Notes under the pieces: generated by a model | What the model saw: the letters and a program-made list of their open reading frames with translations, nothing else | What the model was told of the DNA's origin: nothing | Database searches by the model: none | Part shown: one piece after another, positions 1-8,636 of the stretch | How positions within the stretch are numbered: the first letter of the stretch is position 1 | Layout of the letters: each line of letters starts with the position of its first letter | Translations under genes and position numbers: made by a program | Assembly (NCBI GenBank): GCA_022703645.1 | Contig: JAKLDG010000001.1 | Coordinates: 163,274-227,273 of the forward strand | DNA length: 64,000 nt | Direction: 5' to 3' | From: Patescibacteria group bacterium | GTDB taxonomy: Bacteria; Patescibacteriota; JACPGU01

Positions 1-1
1 A

Positions 2-541
2 GCTTTTTCAATATTTGCTTGGTACGATCTGAAAAAAACTCGGGCAGGATACAGGTACACTTTCACCAAAATTGGCTTGGCGAATATCGGGTTAAGTATT
101 CTACTGGGAACGGCATTTTTCTACTCAGGGATTGGTATGAAGATCGAAAATATTTTTGCAGACAATATGCCTTTTTATAGAGTAATTCATCCTGGGCGAG
201 GTATTACTGTTTGGGAAAATCCGGATAAAGGTCTGTTGGTTGGCGAGGTTACGGGATTTATTGATGACGAAGGATTTAATTTACGTGATCTGAAAAATCA
301 AGATTGGATAGTAAGCGCTCTGAATAGTGTTTGGCCAAGGGAGGTAAAAAGTAATATAGGAATGATTGTGAGAATAATTGGAAAGCAAACTGGAAAGGAT
401 ACTTTTCAAGCTATAGAAGTAAGACCTTGGATGGTGAATTGTGACAGAAATGGCGCGCCAGCTGTTCAACCTTGTAGATCGTTGGATCGCGAAAGAAAAC
501 CTTTTATACCTTTCCCATTAATACCGATGCCAGCTAAATAA
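2..541 (+). CDS. hypothetical protein, 5'-truncated by the window edge (the open frame continues to position 2 with no upstream stop)
   Basis: ORF 77..541 is in the same frame as an uninterrupted reading frame from base 2; no recognisable motif. Confidence 0.35.
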   Translation, partial: AFSIFAWYDLKKTRAGYRYTFTKIGLANIGLSILLGTAFFYSGIGMKIENIFADNMPFYRVIHPGRGITVWENPDKGLLVGEVTGFIDDEGFNLRDLKNQDWIVSALNSVWPREVKSNIGMIVRIIGKQTGKDTFQAIEVRPWMVNCDRNGAPAVQPCRSLDRERKPFIPFPLIPMPAK

Positions 542-807
542 GAATGAAAGAAAATATTTTTGGCAGCGTAATAATCTATAGGCAGCCTAAAATATTAGTA
601 ACGGAAATTTTTGCTGGTCGGTATTCGCCCTAATTCTGGTTTTTGAAGGGCAAGGAGGTGGCACTATTGCAAATATCATAAACATTCTATTTAAACAACC
701 TGGTCGAAAGTAATTGATATATATTATACAGAGCGTGTAAAAGCGCTCTGTATTGTTTTTTGATAATGTTGTATATTATTTTAGTATAAAAAACTAAATT
801 CATTTCT

Positions 808-1590
808 ATGACATTTTTACATGCAATCATTCTTGGTATCGTCGAAGGAATTACCGAATTTCTGCCGATTTCTTCGACGGGGCATCTTATTCTAACTTCA
901 AGACTGCTTGGTTTATCGCAAACAGACTTTTTGAAAACTTTTGAGGTTGCGATTCAAGTCGGTGCTATTTTTGCGGTTCTGGTTTTATATTGGAAAAAGT
1001 TCCTGTCAGTAAATATTTTGAAAAAAATCATCGTTGCTTTCATTCCGACCGGAATTATCGGTGTGATTTTTTATGCTTTAATAAAAAGGTTTCTTCTTGG
1101 CAATGAGACCGTGGTACTATATTCCCTAATCATCGTCGGCGCGCTGATGATTATTTTTGAATTAGTTTATCGCAAAAAAGAAAAAACCAATCCAGCCGTT
1201 ACGAAGGAGTTAGAAAAAATGACTTATAAACAGTGTTTTATCATCGGAGTCGCGCAATCATTCGCGATGTTTCCCGGCGTTTCACGTTCGGCTGCGACCA
1301 TACTTGGGGGTCTATCTCTGGGAATTGACCGCAAGACGATAACGGAATTTTCATTCATCCTCGCTGTTCCAACAATTATCGTTGCGACCGTTTTTGACCT
1401 GGCGAAAAGCTCCGTTACTTTTTCTTCAGGTGAGATGGTAAATTTTTTGGTAGGGCTAGTTGTTTCTTTCGTCGTTGCTATATTCGCAATCAAATTCCTA
1501 GTTGAATATATCCAGAAACATAGCTTTATCGCTTTTGGTATTTATCGAATTATAATTGCTTTGATATTTATTATAGTTCTTTTGAGATAA
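808..1590 (+). CDS. uppP: undecaprenyl-diphosphatase (UppP/BacA)
   Basis: N-terminal signature GxxEGxTEFLPISSTGHL and a polytopic membrane profile; ATG at 808. Confidence 0.85.
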   Translation: MTFLHAIILGIVEGITEFLPISSTGHLILTSRLLGLSQTDFLKTFEVAIQVGAIFAVLVLYWKKFLSVNILKKIIVAFIPTGIIGVIFYALIKRFLLGNETVVLYSLIIVGALMIIFELVYRKKEKTNPAVTKELEKMTYKQCFIIGVAQSFAMFPGVSRSAATILGGLSLGIDRKTITEFSFILAVPTIIVATVFDLAKSSVTFSSGEMVNFLVGLVVSFVVAIFAIKFLVEYIQKHSFIAFGIYRIIIALIFIIVLLR

Positions 1591-1594
1591 AAAA

Positions 1595-1617
1595 ATGGGC
1601 GAAAGCCCATTTTTTTA
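1595..1617. terminator. bidirectional rho-independent terminator (atgggc-gaaa-gcccat plus T-run) between the convergent uppP and cyclase genes
   Basis: perfect 6-bp stem, A-run upstream and T-run downstream. Confidence 0.6.
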
Positions 1618-1620
1618 TCT

Positions 1621-2865
1621 CTATCCCTCATAACTCTCAATCTCTATTTTTGATACCTCAATTTCAATTGGTTCAAATCCTTCGGGCTTAACTTTTTCAA
1701 AAACTTCTTTTGTGAGATAGATTTTGCCCATTTTACCAAAATCCTGTGACATTTTACTTGCAATATTTACCGGAGAGCCTGCGATATCGCGGCCACCTTT
1801 TGGCAGGTCGAAAACTGCTATTGGTCCAAAATCTATTCCCATTCGACATTTGATTTTTTCTTTTTCTAATTCAGCTCTAATTTCTTTCGCAAATTCAATA
1901 GCTTTTACATGATCGTCAAAAGTATATATTCCGAGGTTTCCTGCGGTTTTTATTTCCTTGCCCCCATGAGTTGCGAGCAGCTCAACGGCAAACTTTTTTG
2001 AAAGTGCCATGAGAGATAATTCATACAGTAATCCTATTTCAAGAGATGGATACTGCGATCTTTCGCGTTCCAATAACACCACGACTTTTTCTTTTAGATA
2101 TTTTTCATTCATTTTTTTAAGATGTTTCTCGTCGCAAGATTTTTGAAATACAATGAGGTCATCATAAAATTCTCTGGAATATGGAATAGGGTAGATTTCG
2201 TCTGTTTCAGTTGAGTGTTCTTTTATCGGGCCATTCGCAACTGAAAAAACTTTTTGTAATTTTCCGTCAAGATCCTGACGATGAGTAAGTTCGAAAGCAT
2301 CTTTATCTTCGAGTAGTTCAATTATTGATTCGGTAATCGCTATTTCTCCGCCCTCAGTATCATTCTCGGCAAATTCTTCGACGAAGTCGGCTTCAGCCCC
2401 ATACATACCACCACCTAGTTCATAGAACTCACCATAGTGCGCTCCGATTCCGATTTGAACCGTTCCCTCCTTAATTTTACTTTGGGCGAACAGCATTGCT
2501 TCAACGATCTTTTGTGGGGCGACAGTATCGGGATAAAACATTTGAGTATTATCCGCTGCCCAAATTCCAACCCCGCGTCCGCCAATATTTACTCCAGTTC
2601 CAAAAACAATTTCCTTGGGTGAATTTAATAGCGCCAAAACTTCAATCAGTTGTTTCTCGCGGCTCAATTTACTTAAGCCTGCTGAGTCAGAAGAAACGAC
2701 GGTTCCTTTGACCTTCGTTTTTTCTAATATCTTTTCCGCAGTTTCTTGAGCCTGATCGGATTCGTTCCATTCACGTATAATCTCAAACGGTATCTCGGTA
2801 ATAATATCCTGCGAAAGATCGAAAAGGGCAGGAGAGACGGGGTTAAGTTTTAATTTCGCTACCAT
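1621..2865 (-). CDS. class III nucleotidyl (adenylyl/guanylyl) cyclase-like protein with two tandem cyclase-homology domains
   Basis: C-terminal half has RMGIDFGPIAVFDLPKGG...GSPVNIASKM, matching the RIGIHxGxVvxGxxG...GDxVNxASRM cyclase signature; N-terminal half has GTVVSSDSAGLS (metal-binding Asp region) and IGIGAHYGEFYELGGGMYG; reads as a pseudo-heterodimeric arrangement. Confidence 0.55.
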   Translation of the reverse strand: MVAKLKLNPVSPALFDLSQDIITEIPFEIIREWNESDQAQETAEKILEKTKVKGTVVSSDSAGLSKLSREKQLIEVLALLNSPKEIVFGTGVNIGGRGVGIWAADNTQMFYPDTVAPQKIVEAMLFAQSKIKEGTVQIGIGAHYGEFYELGGGMYGAEADFVEEFAENDTEGGEIAITESIIELLEDKDAFELTHRQDLDGKLQKVFSVANGPIKEHSTETDEIYPIPYSREFYDDLIVFQKSCDEKHLKKMNEKYLKEKVVVLLERERSQYPSLEIGLLYELSLMALSKKFAVELLATHGGKEIKTAGNLGIYTFDDHVKAIEFAKEIRAELEKEKIKCRMGIDFGPIAVFDLPKGGRDIAGSPVNIASKMSQDFGKMGKIYLTKEVFEKVKPEGFEPIEIEVSKIEIESYEG

Positions 2866-2977
2866 AGCTGTTATTTTAATTTATAATATTTATGCGCATT
2901 ATACCAAAAATAAACTTATATATAAATCTTTTTATTGCAAAATAAAAAAATATATTATAGAATAGAGCAGTTGACGT

Positions 2978-3051
2978 GGGCGGTTAGCTCAGTTGGTTAG
3001 AGTATCTCGTTTACACCGAGAGGGTCAGAGGTTCGAATCCTCTACCGCCCA
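2978..3051 (+). tRNA. tRNA-Val (anticodon TAC)
   Basis: cloverleaf folded by hand: acceptor GGGCGGT/ACCGCCC, anticodon stem TCTCG/CGAGA with loop TTTACAC, T-loop TTCGAAT, 74 nt. Confidence 0.85.
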
Positions 3052-3060
3052 TTATCAAAA

Positions 3061-3082
3061 AACGCTTTAATAGCGTTTTTTT
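3061..3082 (+). terminator. rho-independent terminator after tRNA-Val (aacgct-ttaat-agcgtt plus T-run)
   Basis: hairpin followed by TTTTTTT. Confidence 0.6.
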
Positions 3083-3223
3083 AAATTAAAAACTATTTAC
3101 TTGCTATTTATTTATAATCTAGGTATACTTAGGAAGCAATTAAACAAGAAAACAAAAAAGCAAAAAATCAATAATAAGATATATTAAAAAGGAGACCTAT
3201 GCTTAATAGGCTGGGTAATTATT

Positions 3224-3979
3224 TTGAAAAATTTTAGAAACGATAAAAGATCAGGTGGCGGAAGAGATTTCGCCAAAAAAAGTTTCGGCAACCGCAGTTC
3301 AGGCGGACATGATTTTGGCGGGCGAGACAGAGGTGGTGACCGCGAGAGATCTCAGATGCATGACGCAGTCTGTGACGAATGCGGAAGAAAATGCCAAGTT
3401 CCATTTCGTCCTACAGGAGATAAACCGGTTTATTGCAGTGACTGTTTTGGCGAACGTGGCGGACGAGAAGAACGCGGAGGTAGACGTGAAGAAAGATCAT
3501 TTGGCGGAAATCGGGATAGAAATTCGGGCAATCGCGAAAGACAAATGTTTAGCGCGACTTGCTCCGAATGTGGTTCTCGTTGCGAAGTTCCTTTCCGTCC
3601 TACAGGAGAGAAACCGGTTTATTGTGATAACTGTTTTGAAAAACGCAAAGCAAGCGGCGGCGCAGGAGGACAAGACCGTGGTGGCAAAGGCGGCAGTGAT
3701 TTGAAAGAACAATTGAACGCTCTTCATAACAAACTAGATAAGATTTTGAGATTGCTTGGCGGAGAGGAAAAGCAAGAAAACAAGAAAGCAAAAAAACAGG
3801 ATGCATTAGATATTAAGGATATTGAATCGATGGTAAAAGAGGCGAAAGAAGTTGAGGTTATGGGTAAAAAAGTAGTTGAAAAGGAAAAACCTACTAAGGC
3901 AGAAAAAGGTAAAGCTGTGCGTCAGGCAAAGCCTGAAAAAAAGCCGGTAAAAAAACCAGCCAAGAAGAAGAGTAAGTAG
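3224..3979 (+). CDS. CxxC-x17-CxxC zinc-ribbon domain protein: R/G-rich N-terminal region, two zinc-ribbon repeats, Lys-rich C-terminal tail
   Basis: two copies of C-x2-C-x17-C-x2-C with conserved VPFRPTG(D/E)KPVYC; RGG/RDR repeats; KKPAKKKSK tail; the two ribbon units are near-identical at DNA level (internal tandem duplication). Confidence 0.6.
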   Translation: MKNFRNDKRSGGGRDFAKKSFGNRSSGGHDFGGRDRGGDRERSQMHDAVCDECGRKCQVPFRPTGDKPVYCSDCFGERGGREERGGRREERSFGGNRDRNSGNRERQMFSATCSECGSRCEVPFRPTGEKPVYCDNCFEKRKASGGAGGQDRGGKGGSDLKEQLNALHNKLDKILRLLGGEEKQENKKAKKQDALDIKDIESMVKEAKEVEVMGKKVVEKEKPTKAEKGKAVRQAKPEKKPVKKPAKKKSK

Positions 3980-4012
3980 TAAGTTGTAAGCATGTAAGTG
4001 ATAAGTATATAA

Positions 4013-4039
4013 GGGGAGTCTATCCAGACTCCCTTTTAT
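4013..4039 (+). terminator. rho-independent terminator (gggagtc-tatcca-gactccc plus T-run)
   Basis: 7-bp GC-rich stem followed by TTTTAT. Confidence 0.55.
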
Positions 4040-4166
4040 AGTTAATAATGATTATCAATAACGAATGAGTATCAATAAATAACCATTATCAATAAGAATG
4101 TTCTTAACTCACAAATCTTTTTATTGCTAAAAATATATTTTTTATGTTATTATTAATTCGCGACGT

Positions 4167-4238
4167 GCCGAGGTAGCTCAGTGGTAGAGCGAAGGACTGA
4201 AAATCCTTGCGTCAGCAGTTCAATTCTGCTCCTCGGCA
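4167..4238 (+). tRNA. tRNA-Phe (anticodon GAA)
   Basis: acceptor GCCGAGG/CCTCGGC, D-stem GCTC/GAGC, anticodon stem AAGGA/TCCTT with loop CTGAAAA, T-stem AGCAG/CTGCT, 72 nt. Confidence 0.85.
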
Positions 4239-4345
4239 TTTTTTTATTGCTTGATATTTATTTTTATGTTAAAATGTAAATGTAATATCAGTAAGACAAT
4301 GCAACAGATTTATCTTGGCGCTCTTACTGAAGGAGCGCATTTTTA

Positions 4346-4450
4346 ATATCCAATATCCAATACTCGAATATCCAATCAATAACCAATAAATTAATATCCA
4401 ATTGGGAATTGAAAATTGATTGAGAATTGGTCATTGAGCATTGAGTATTT
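4346..4450. repeat. AT-rich imperfect palindromic spacer element (caatt/aattg family)
   Basis: left arm of atatccaat-type units and right arm of attgagaattgg-type units around a central ccaattgg. Confidence 0.6.
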
Positions 4451-4494
4451 TAAACATACGTTTTTGGTTAAAACAATACATTAATAAAAAACAT

Positions 4495-5115
4495 ATGGAA
4501 AACACAAACACAAATTCAGATGAAGTCCGCGATCCTTCAAAAATCTATCTTCCGAAGTTCAATGAGTCCAAGATTTTTGGGTCAAAGAAAATCGGCAGTG
4601 AACCGGTTTCAATTCTCAAAGAAATTGGAATTAGTGCTGGCGAAACAGTTGTCGATTTTGGTTCAGGTTTTGGTTTTTTCGATGTGGAAGCTGCGAGAAT
4701 GGTGGGCGAAAATGGACGAGTTATTGCAGTTGATATTCGCAAAGAAGCGCTCGATGGAGTGAAACAAAAATCTTTTGCGTCGGGATTGCGCAATATCTTC
4801 GGAGTTTTGGCGGACCTGACACTTCCGCGGTCAACAACTTTGCCGGATGCAACCGTAGACACAGTGTTAATTATCAATCTGCTTTACATGATAGATGATA
4901 AAGCCGCAGTTTTGAAAGAAGCGTATCGAATTCTCAAGCCCGGTGGGAAAATGGTAATCATGGAATGGACTGAAAAAGGCGCGTTGGTAATGATTGAAAA
5001 AGAACATATTGTTGCGGCGAAAGATATCAAAGAATTAACCCGCAAACAGGGATTTAAAAAATTGAGATCATTTGAAGCAGGGCTTAGCCATGAGGTAAAT
5101 ATATTCGTTAAATAA
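4495..5115 (+). CDS. class I SAM-dependent methyltransferase
   Basis: motif I VVDFGSGFGFF and motif post-II LKPGGKMVIMEW; ATG at 4495 preferred over the TTG at 4441 given in the ORF track. Confidence 0.75.
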   Translation: MENTNTNSDEVRDPSKIYLPKFNESKIFGSKKIGSEPVSILKEIGISAGETVVDFGSGFGFFDVEAARMVGENGRVIAVDIRKEALDGVKQKSFASGLRNIFGVLADLTLPRSTTLPDATVDTVLIINLLYMIDDKAAVLKEAYRILKPGGKMVIMEWTEKGALVMIEKEHIVAAKDIKELTRKQGFKKLRSFEAGLSHEVNIFVK

Positions 5116-5212
5116 ATTCTCAATTTTCAATTCTCAATTCACATTAAATTTTCAATGATTCAATTATCAAACATTGGAAATTGTAAAATTGTAACATTGA
5201 TTAAAAATTATA
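5110..5212. repeat. AT-rich palindromic spacer element (caatt/aattg family)
   Basis: ctcaattttcaattctcaatt...caatgattcaatt | aaattgtaaaattgtaacattgatt. Confidence 0.6.
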
Positions 5213-5227
5213 ATTAAATTATTGGTT

Positions 5228-5635
5228 ATGACTATCGACAATATAAAGTTATTTTTCGCTCCAGCTTACCTATTTAACACCATGCCTGGCTATGATATGA
5301 AATTAGCTCAGCCATTCGTGGCTTTGTTTGGTATTATGGTGATTTTGGCGCTGGTTAGTTTTATTATGTCACGCAAGTTTCGAAAAAAACCGGTCAAACA
5401 TATCTGGATATTGGTTTATAACTGGTTTTCTTATGTCGGTTTGGTAGGCCTTTTCCTGCTTTTCTGCAGATATGAAGGTGTGGCTTATTTATCAATGAGA
5501 TTTTTATTATTTTTATGGCTTGTATTTTTTGTGCTTTGGGGTTTCTACATTCTTTGGTTTAGACTCAAACCTTATAAAAAAATTGTGAAAGAAGCAAAAG
5601 AAAAAGATAGAAAAGATAAATATTTAAGAAGGTAA
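5228..5635 (+). CDS. hypothetical small membrane protein (3-4 TM helices, basic C-terminus)
   Basis: hydrophobic segments; ATG at 5228. Confidence 0.4.
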   Translation: MTIDNIKLFFAPAYLFNTMPGYDMKLAQPFVALFGIMVILALVSFIMSRKFRKKPVKHIWILVYNWFSYVGLVGLFLLFCRYEGVAYLSMRFLLFLWLVFFVLWGFYILWFRLKPYKKIVKEAKEKDRKDKYLRR

Positions 5636-5792
5636 ATTAAATTAAAAATATTCAGAGTTAGATAATATTTTCTTAATATTTTAAAATATTTGAGGATTAA
5701 ATATTAAAAAAATATTACAAGATATTACAAATTTTACGTTTTATACGAAGTAGAAATATTTTGAAATACAATATTACTAAACAATATCAATA

Positions 5793-7121
5793 ATGACAAA
5801 CACAGTTAATCAAGAAGAAAATTCAGGCAAAGAAAATGGCAAAGACATTATCAAAGGCGGTCTCGTGCCGATGGAAAAGTTGCTAAAAGATGCGGCAACC
5901 ACTCTTAAAATTTATAAAGAAGGCGACGCAGTTCAAGCCAAAATCGAAAAGATTATGAAGAATAAGATTTTGGTTTCCATTGACGAACGCATGAATGGTA
6001 TAGTTGGTGGAAAAGAGCTCATGTTCGATCCGCAATTTGCAAAAGGTTTAAAACTTGGCGATACGATTACCGCTTATGTTGTTTATCCGGAAGATGACGA
6101 CGGAAATATTCTCTTATCACTTCGCAAAGCCGGCAGAGAAAACATTTGGGCAGGGCTTTACCAAAAATTCGAAGCAAAAGAATTGGTCAGCGTTGTGGTT
6201 ACGGATGCAAACAAAGGTGGGCTTATCATTGAACTTGGCGGAATCAAAGGATTTTTACCGGTTTCTCAGCTTTCCGCGGAACACTATCCGCGGGTTGAGG
6301 GAGCAAACAAAGATGAAATATTACTCAAATTGCAGCAAATGGTTGGTAAACCTATAGATCTTAAAATTTTATCAATTGATAAGGCAGGAAATAAATTAAT
6401 CTTCTCAGAACGCGAAGCAATCGGAAACCGCGATATTCCAGAGGGGCTTAAGATTGGCGATACAGTTACCGGCAAAGTTACAGGTATTGTTGATTTCGGC
6501 TTCTTTGTTGATGTGAACGGGGTAGAAGGGTTGGTTCACATCTCAGAAATTAGCTGGGCAAAGGTTGACGATATTTCAAAATTTGTCAAAGTCGGTGATG
6601 TGCTGAAACTTAAGATCATTGATATCGAAAACTCTCGTCTATCTCTGTCAATGAAGAGACTCGAAGAAGATCCATGGAAGAAAATGGTTCAAAACTTGAA
6701 AGTTGGCGATAAGATAAAAGGTACGATTAATAAGATTACTCAATTCGGAGCTTTTGTAAAAGTGAAAGTTGAAGATGGTGAGATCGACGCGCTTGTTCAT
6801 ATTTCAGAAATTTCCAGCAAGCACGTTTCTGACCCAAATGAAGTTTTGAAGACAGGCGAAACAAAAGAATTTAAGATTGTTACAATAGAACCTGATCAAC
6901 ACAGATTATCTTTGAGCCTCAAAGCATTGGAAGAGAAGAAAGAAAAGAAAGAAGAGAAGGAAAATAATGAAATTAAGGAAGAAATTGTGGATAAGAAATT
7001 AAAGAAGGAGAAGACGGAAGAAGCTAAGGAAGAAATTGAAGAAATTCAGGAGGAAATTAAAGAAGTGAAAGAAGAAAACGTAGAAGAGGAAAAGCCTGCG
7101 AAAAAGGCGAAGAAGAAATAA
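5793..7121 (+). CDS. rpsA: 30S ribosomal protein S1 with a Lys/Glu-rich C-terminal extension
   Basis: repeated S1 domains (e.g. GLVHISEISWAKVDDISKFVKVGDVLKLKIIDIE; ALVHISEISSKHVSDPNEVLKTGETKEFKIV). Confidence 0.85.
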   Translation: MTNTVNQEENSGKENGKDIIKGGLVPMEKLLKDAATTLKIYKEGDAVQAKIEKIMKNKILVSIDERMNGIVGGKELMFDPQFAKGLKLGDTITAYVVYPEDDDGNILLSLRKAGRENIWAGLYQKFEAKELVSVVVTDANKGGLIIELGGIKGFLPVSQLSAEHYPRVEGANKDEILLKLQQMVGKPIDLKILSIDKAGNKLIFSEREAIGNRDIPEGLKIGDTVTGKVTGIVDFGFFVDVNGVEGLVHISEISWAKVDDISKFVKVGDVLKLKIIDIENSRLSLSMKRLEEDPWKKMVQNLKVGDKIKGTINKITQFGAFVKVKVEDGEIDALVHISEISSKHVSDPNEVLKTGETKEFKIVTIEPDQHRLSLSLKALEEKKEKKEEKENNEIKEEIVDKKLKKEKTEEAKEEIEEIQEEIKEVKEENVEEEKPAKKAKKK

Positions 7122-7124
7122 ACT

Positions 7125-7412
7125 ATGATTACACCCGAAAGAACATGCGTTATTTGCAGAACAAAAAAACCGAAGAATGAACTTTTCCGTTTTGTGGTTG
7201 ATAAGGGAATCGTTAAGATAGATAAAGGGCAAAAGGAACAAAGCAGAGGTTTTTACATTTGTAGTAAAGAGTGTTGGGATAAATCAGTCAGCAAGAAAAG
7301 AAAGATTAGAATCGGATCGGATGCGAAACGCGCAGTTTCAGTGATTCTACCAGAGAAAACGTTCGAGGAGGTTGTGGAAGATGGGATAAAATTTTCTGCG
7401 ACAAACTTTTAA
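7125..7412 (+). CDS. ylxR: YlxR/DUF448 family RNA-binding protein
   Basis: N-terminal ERTCVICRTKKPKNELFRFV motif and GRGFYIC. Confidence 0.7.
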   Translation: MITPERTCVICRTKKPKNELFRFVVDKGIVKIDKGQKEQSRGFYICSKECWDKSVSKKRKIRIGSDAKRAVSVILPEKTFEEVVEDGIKFSATNF

Positions 7413-7446
7413 AAAAATAAATATTAAATTATGGAGGAATATTAAA

Positions 7447-8097
7447 ATGGACATCCGTTGGCTTGGTCATTCTTGTTTCGAGATAAAAAATAAAAGCATT
7501 TCTATTATTACGGATCCTTATAGTCCGGAGATCGGCTTGAAATTACCAAAATTGAAAGCTAATATTATTACTGTCAGCCACGATCATTATGACCACAATA
7601 ATATTGAGGCGATCGATAGCGCTTATGCTGATAAAAAACCATTTGTGATAGATGGCGATGGAGGATATGAGATTGAAGGAGTTCTTGTTGAAGGGATAAG
7701 AACTTTTCATGACGATAAGGGCGGAACGGAAAGAGGCCCCAACACTGTTTATGACATCAAAATAGATGGTATGACAGTTTGCCATCTCGGAGACCTTGGA
7801 GGGGATCTGACCGAAGAGCAAGTGGAAGAATTGGACGGCGTAGATATACTATTTGTTCCTGTTGGCGGCAAATATACTTTGGACGCAGAAGGAGCAGCAA
7901 AGGTGGTAAATAAAATCGAACCAAGAATTGTTATTCCAATGCATTATCAGATTGACGGATTGAAAATGGATATTGGCAATGCAGACAAATTTATTAAAGA
8001 AATAGGTTTGACTGCTGAAAATCTCGATTCATTGAAAATAGAGAAAAAAGATTTACCCGTGGAAGGAATGAGGCTAATTATTTTAAATAAAGCTTAA
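7447..8097 (+). CDS. MBL-fold metallo-hydrolase
   Basis: HxHxDH motif (SHDHYDH) and later conserved His/Asp residues. Confidence 0.75.
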   Translation: MDIRWLGHSCFEIKNKSISIITDPYSPEIGLKLPKLKANIITVSHDHYDHNNIEAIDSAYADKKPFVIDGDGGYEIEGVLVEGIRTFHDDKGGTERGPNTVYDIKIDGMTVCHLGDLGGDLTEEQVEELDGVDILFVPVGGKYTLDAEGAAKVVNKIEPRIVIPMHYQIDGLKMDIGNADKFIKEIGLTAENLDSLKIEKKDLPVEGMRLIILNKA

Positions 8098-8218
8098 ACG
8101 AAAAAATTTATACAAAAACATATAGTAGAATTTTTTCGTAAGAGGAGCAGTTGCGAAATGCTTGCAAGAAAAATTCGTAATTGAATTTTTATGAAGAGCA
8201 TATAGCGAACTGCGACGA

Positions 8219-8303
8219 GCCGCGGTGGCGGAACTGGCAGACGCGCAGGACTTAAAATCCTGTTCCCTAAACCGGAGTGCGGGTTCGACCCCCGCCCGCG
8301 GCA
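8219..8303 (+). tRNA. tRNA-Leu (anticodon TAA) with long variable arm
   Basis: acceptor GCCGCGG/CCGCGGC, D-arm TGGCGGAACTGGCAGACGCGC, anticodon stem CAGGA/TCCTG with loop CTTAAAA, T-arm GCGGGTTCGACCCCCGC, 85 nt. Confidence 0.8.
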
Positions 8304-8450
8304 TTTGTCTAGGCGACAGTAAGAAAGGTCATCTTCATTTTTTTGGAGATGATTTTTCTTTTGTGCGGGGGTCGAAGGGCGCGAGTAGAATGCGCCTATA
8401 AGAAGCATTCTGTGTGTAGCGCCCAGGCTCCGAGTCGGAGCGAGGAGGAT

Positions 8451-8479
8451 CCCCGCCCGCGGCATTTGTCTAGGCGACA
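8451..8479 (+). repeat. 29-bp exact direct repeat of the tRNA-Leu 3' end plus 15 bp of downstream flank (first copy 8290..8318): att-like duplication
   Basis: ccccgcccgcggcatttgtctaggcgaca occurs twice, 132 bp apart. Confidence 0.8.
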
Positions 8480-8636
8480 TATAAAAACAGCACACTTGTT
8501 TGAGGGTGTTGTTTTTATTTTATATGGGCTTTTTTTCTTTGCCCAAAATTTGCCAAAAATGAAATAAAAATCGCCATTTTTCGTATTAACAGTTATCGAG
8601 TTAATATATCTGTATATTATTTTTTAATTCAATAAA

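Noticed and set aside
1621-2865. Considered a CBASS/Pycsar-like defence cyclase
   Set aside because: There is no adjacent effector (no CAP/cNMP-binding, TIR, TM-effector or nuclease gene); the neighbours are uppP and a tRNA, and the tandem-domain architecture is atypical for PycC. Kept only as a signalling cyclase.
3255-3704. 149-aa ORF in an alternative frame overlapping the CxxC-x17-CxxC gene
   Set aside because: It is produced by GGN/CGN-rich repetitive coding. The frame at 3224 carries the duplicated zinc-ribbon motif and a coherent RBS, so this one is an artefact.
4346-4450. Considered whether the caatt/aattg repeats (here and at other spacers) form a CRISPR array
   Set aside because: The units are 7-9-nt tandem motifs arranged as two inverted arms, with no fixed-length repeats separated by unique spacers and no cas genes. 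They behave as hairpin MITE-like elements instead.
8083-8567. ORFs 8083..8304, 8094..8495 (minus) and 8343..8567 (plus) across the tRNA-Leu region
   Set aside because: They overlap a well-folded tRNA and its duplicated 3' end. There is no RBS and the composition is atypical, so these are non-coding.
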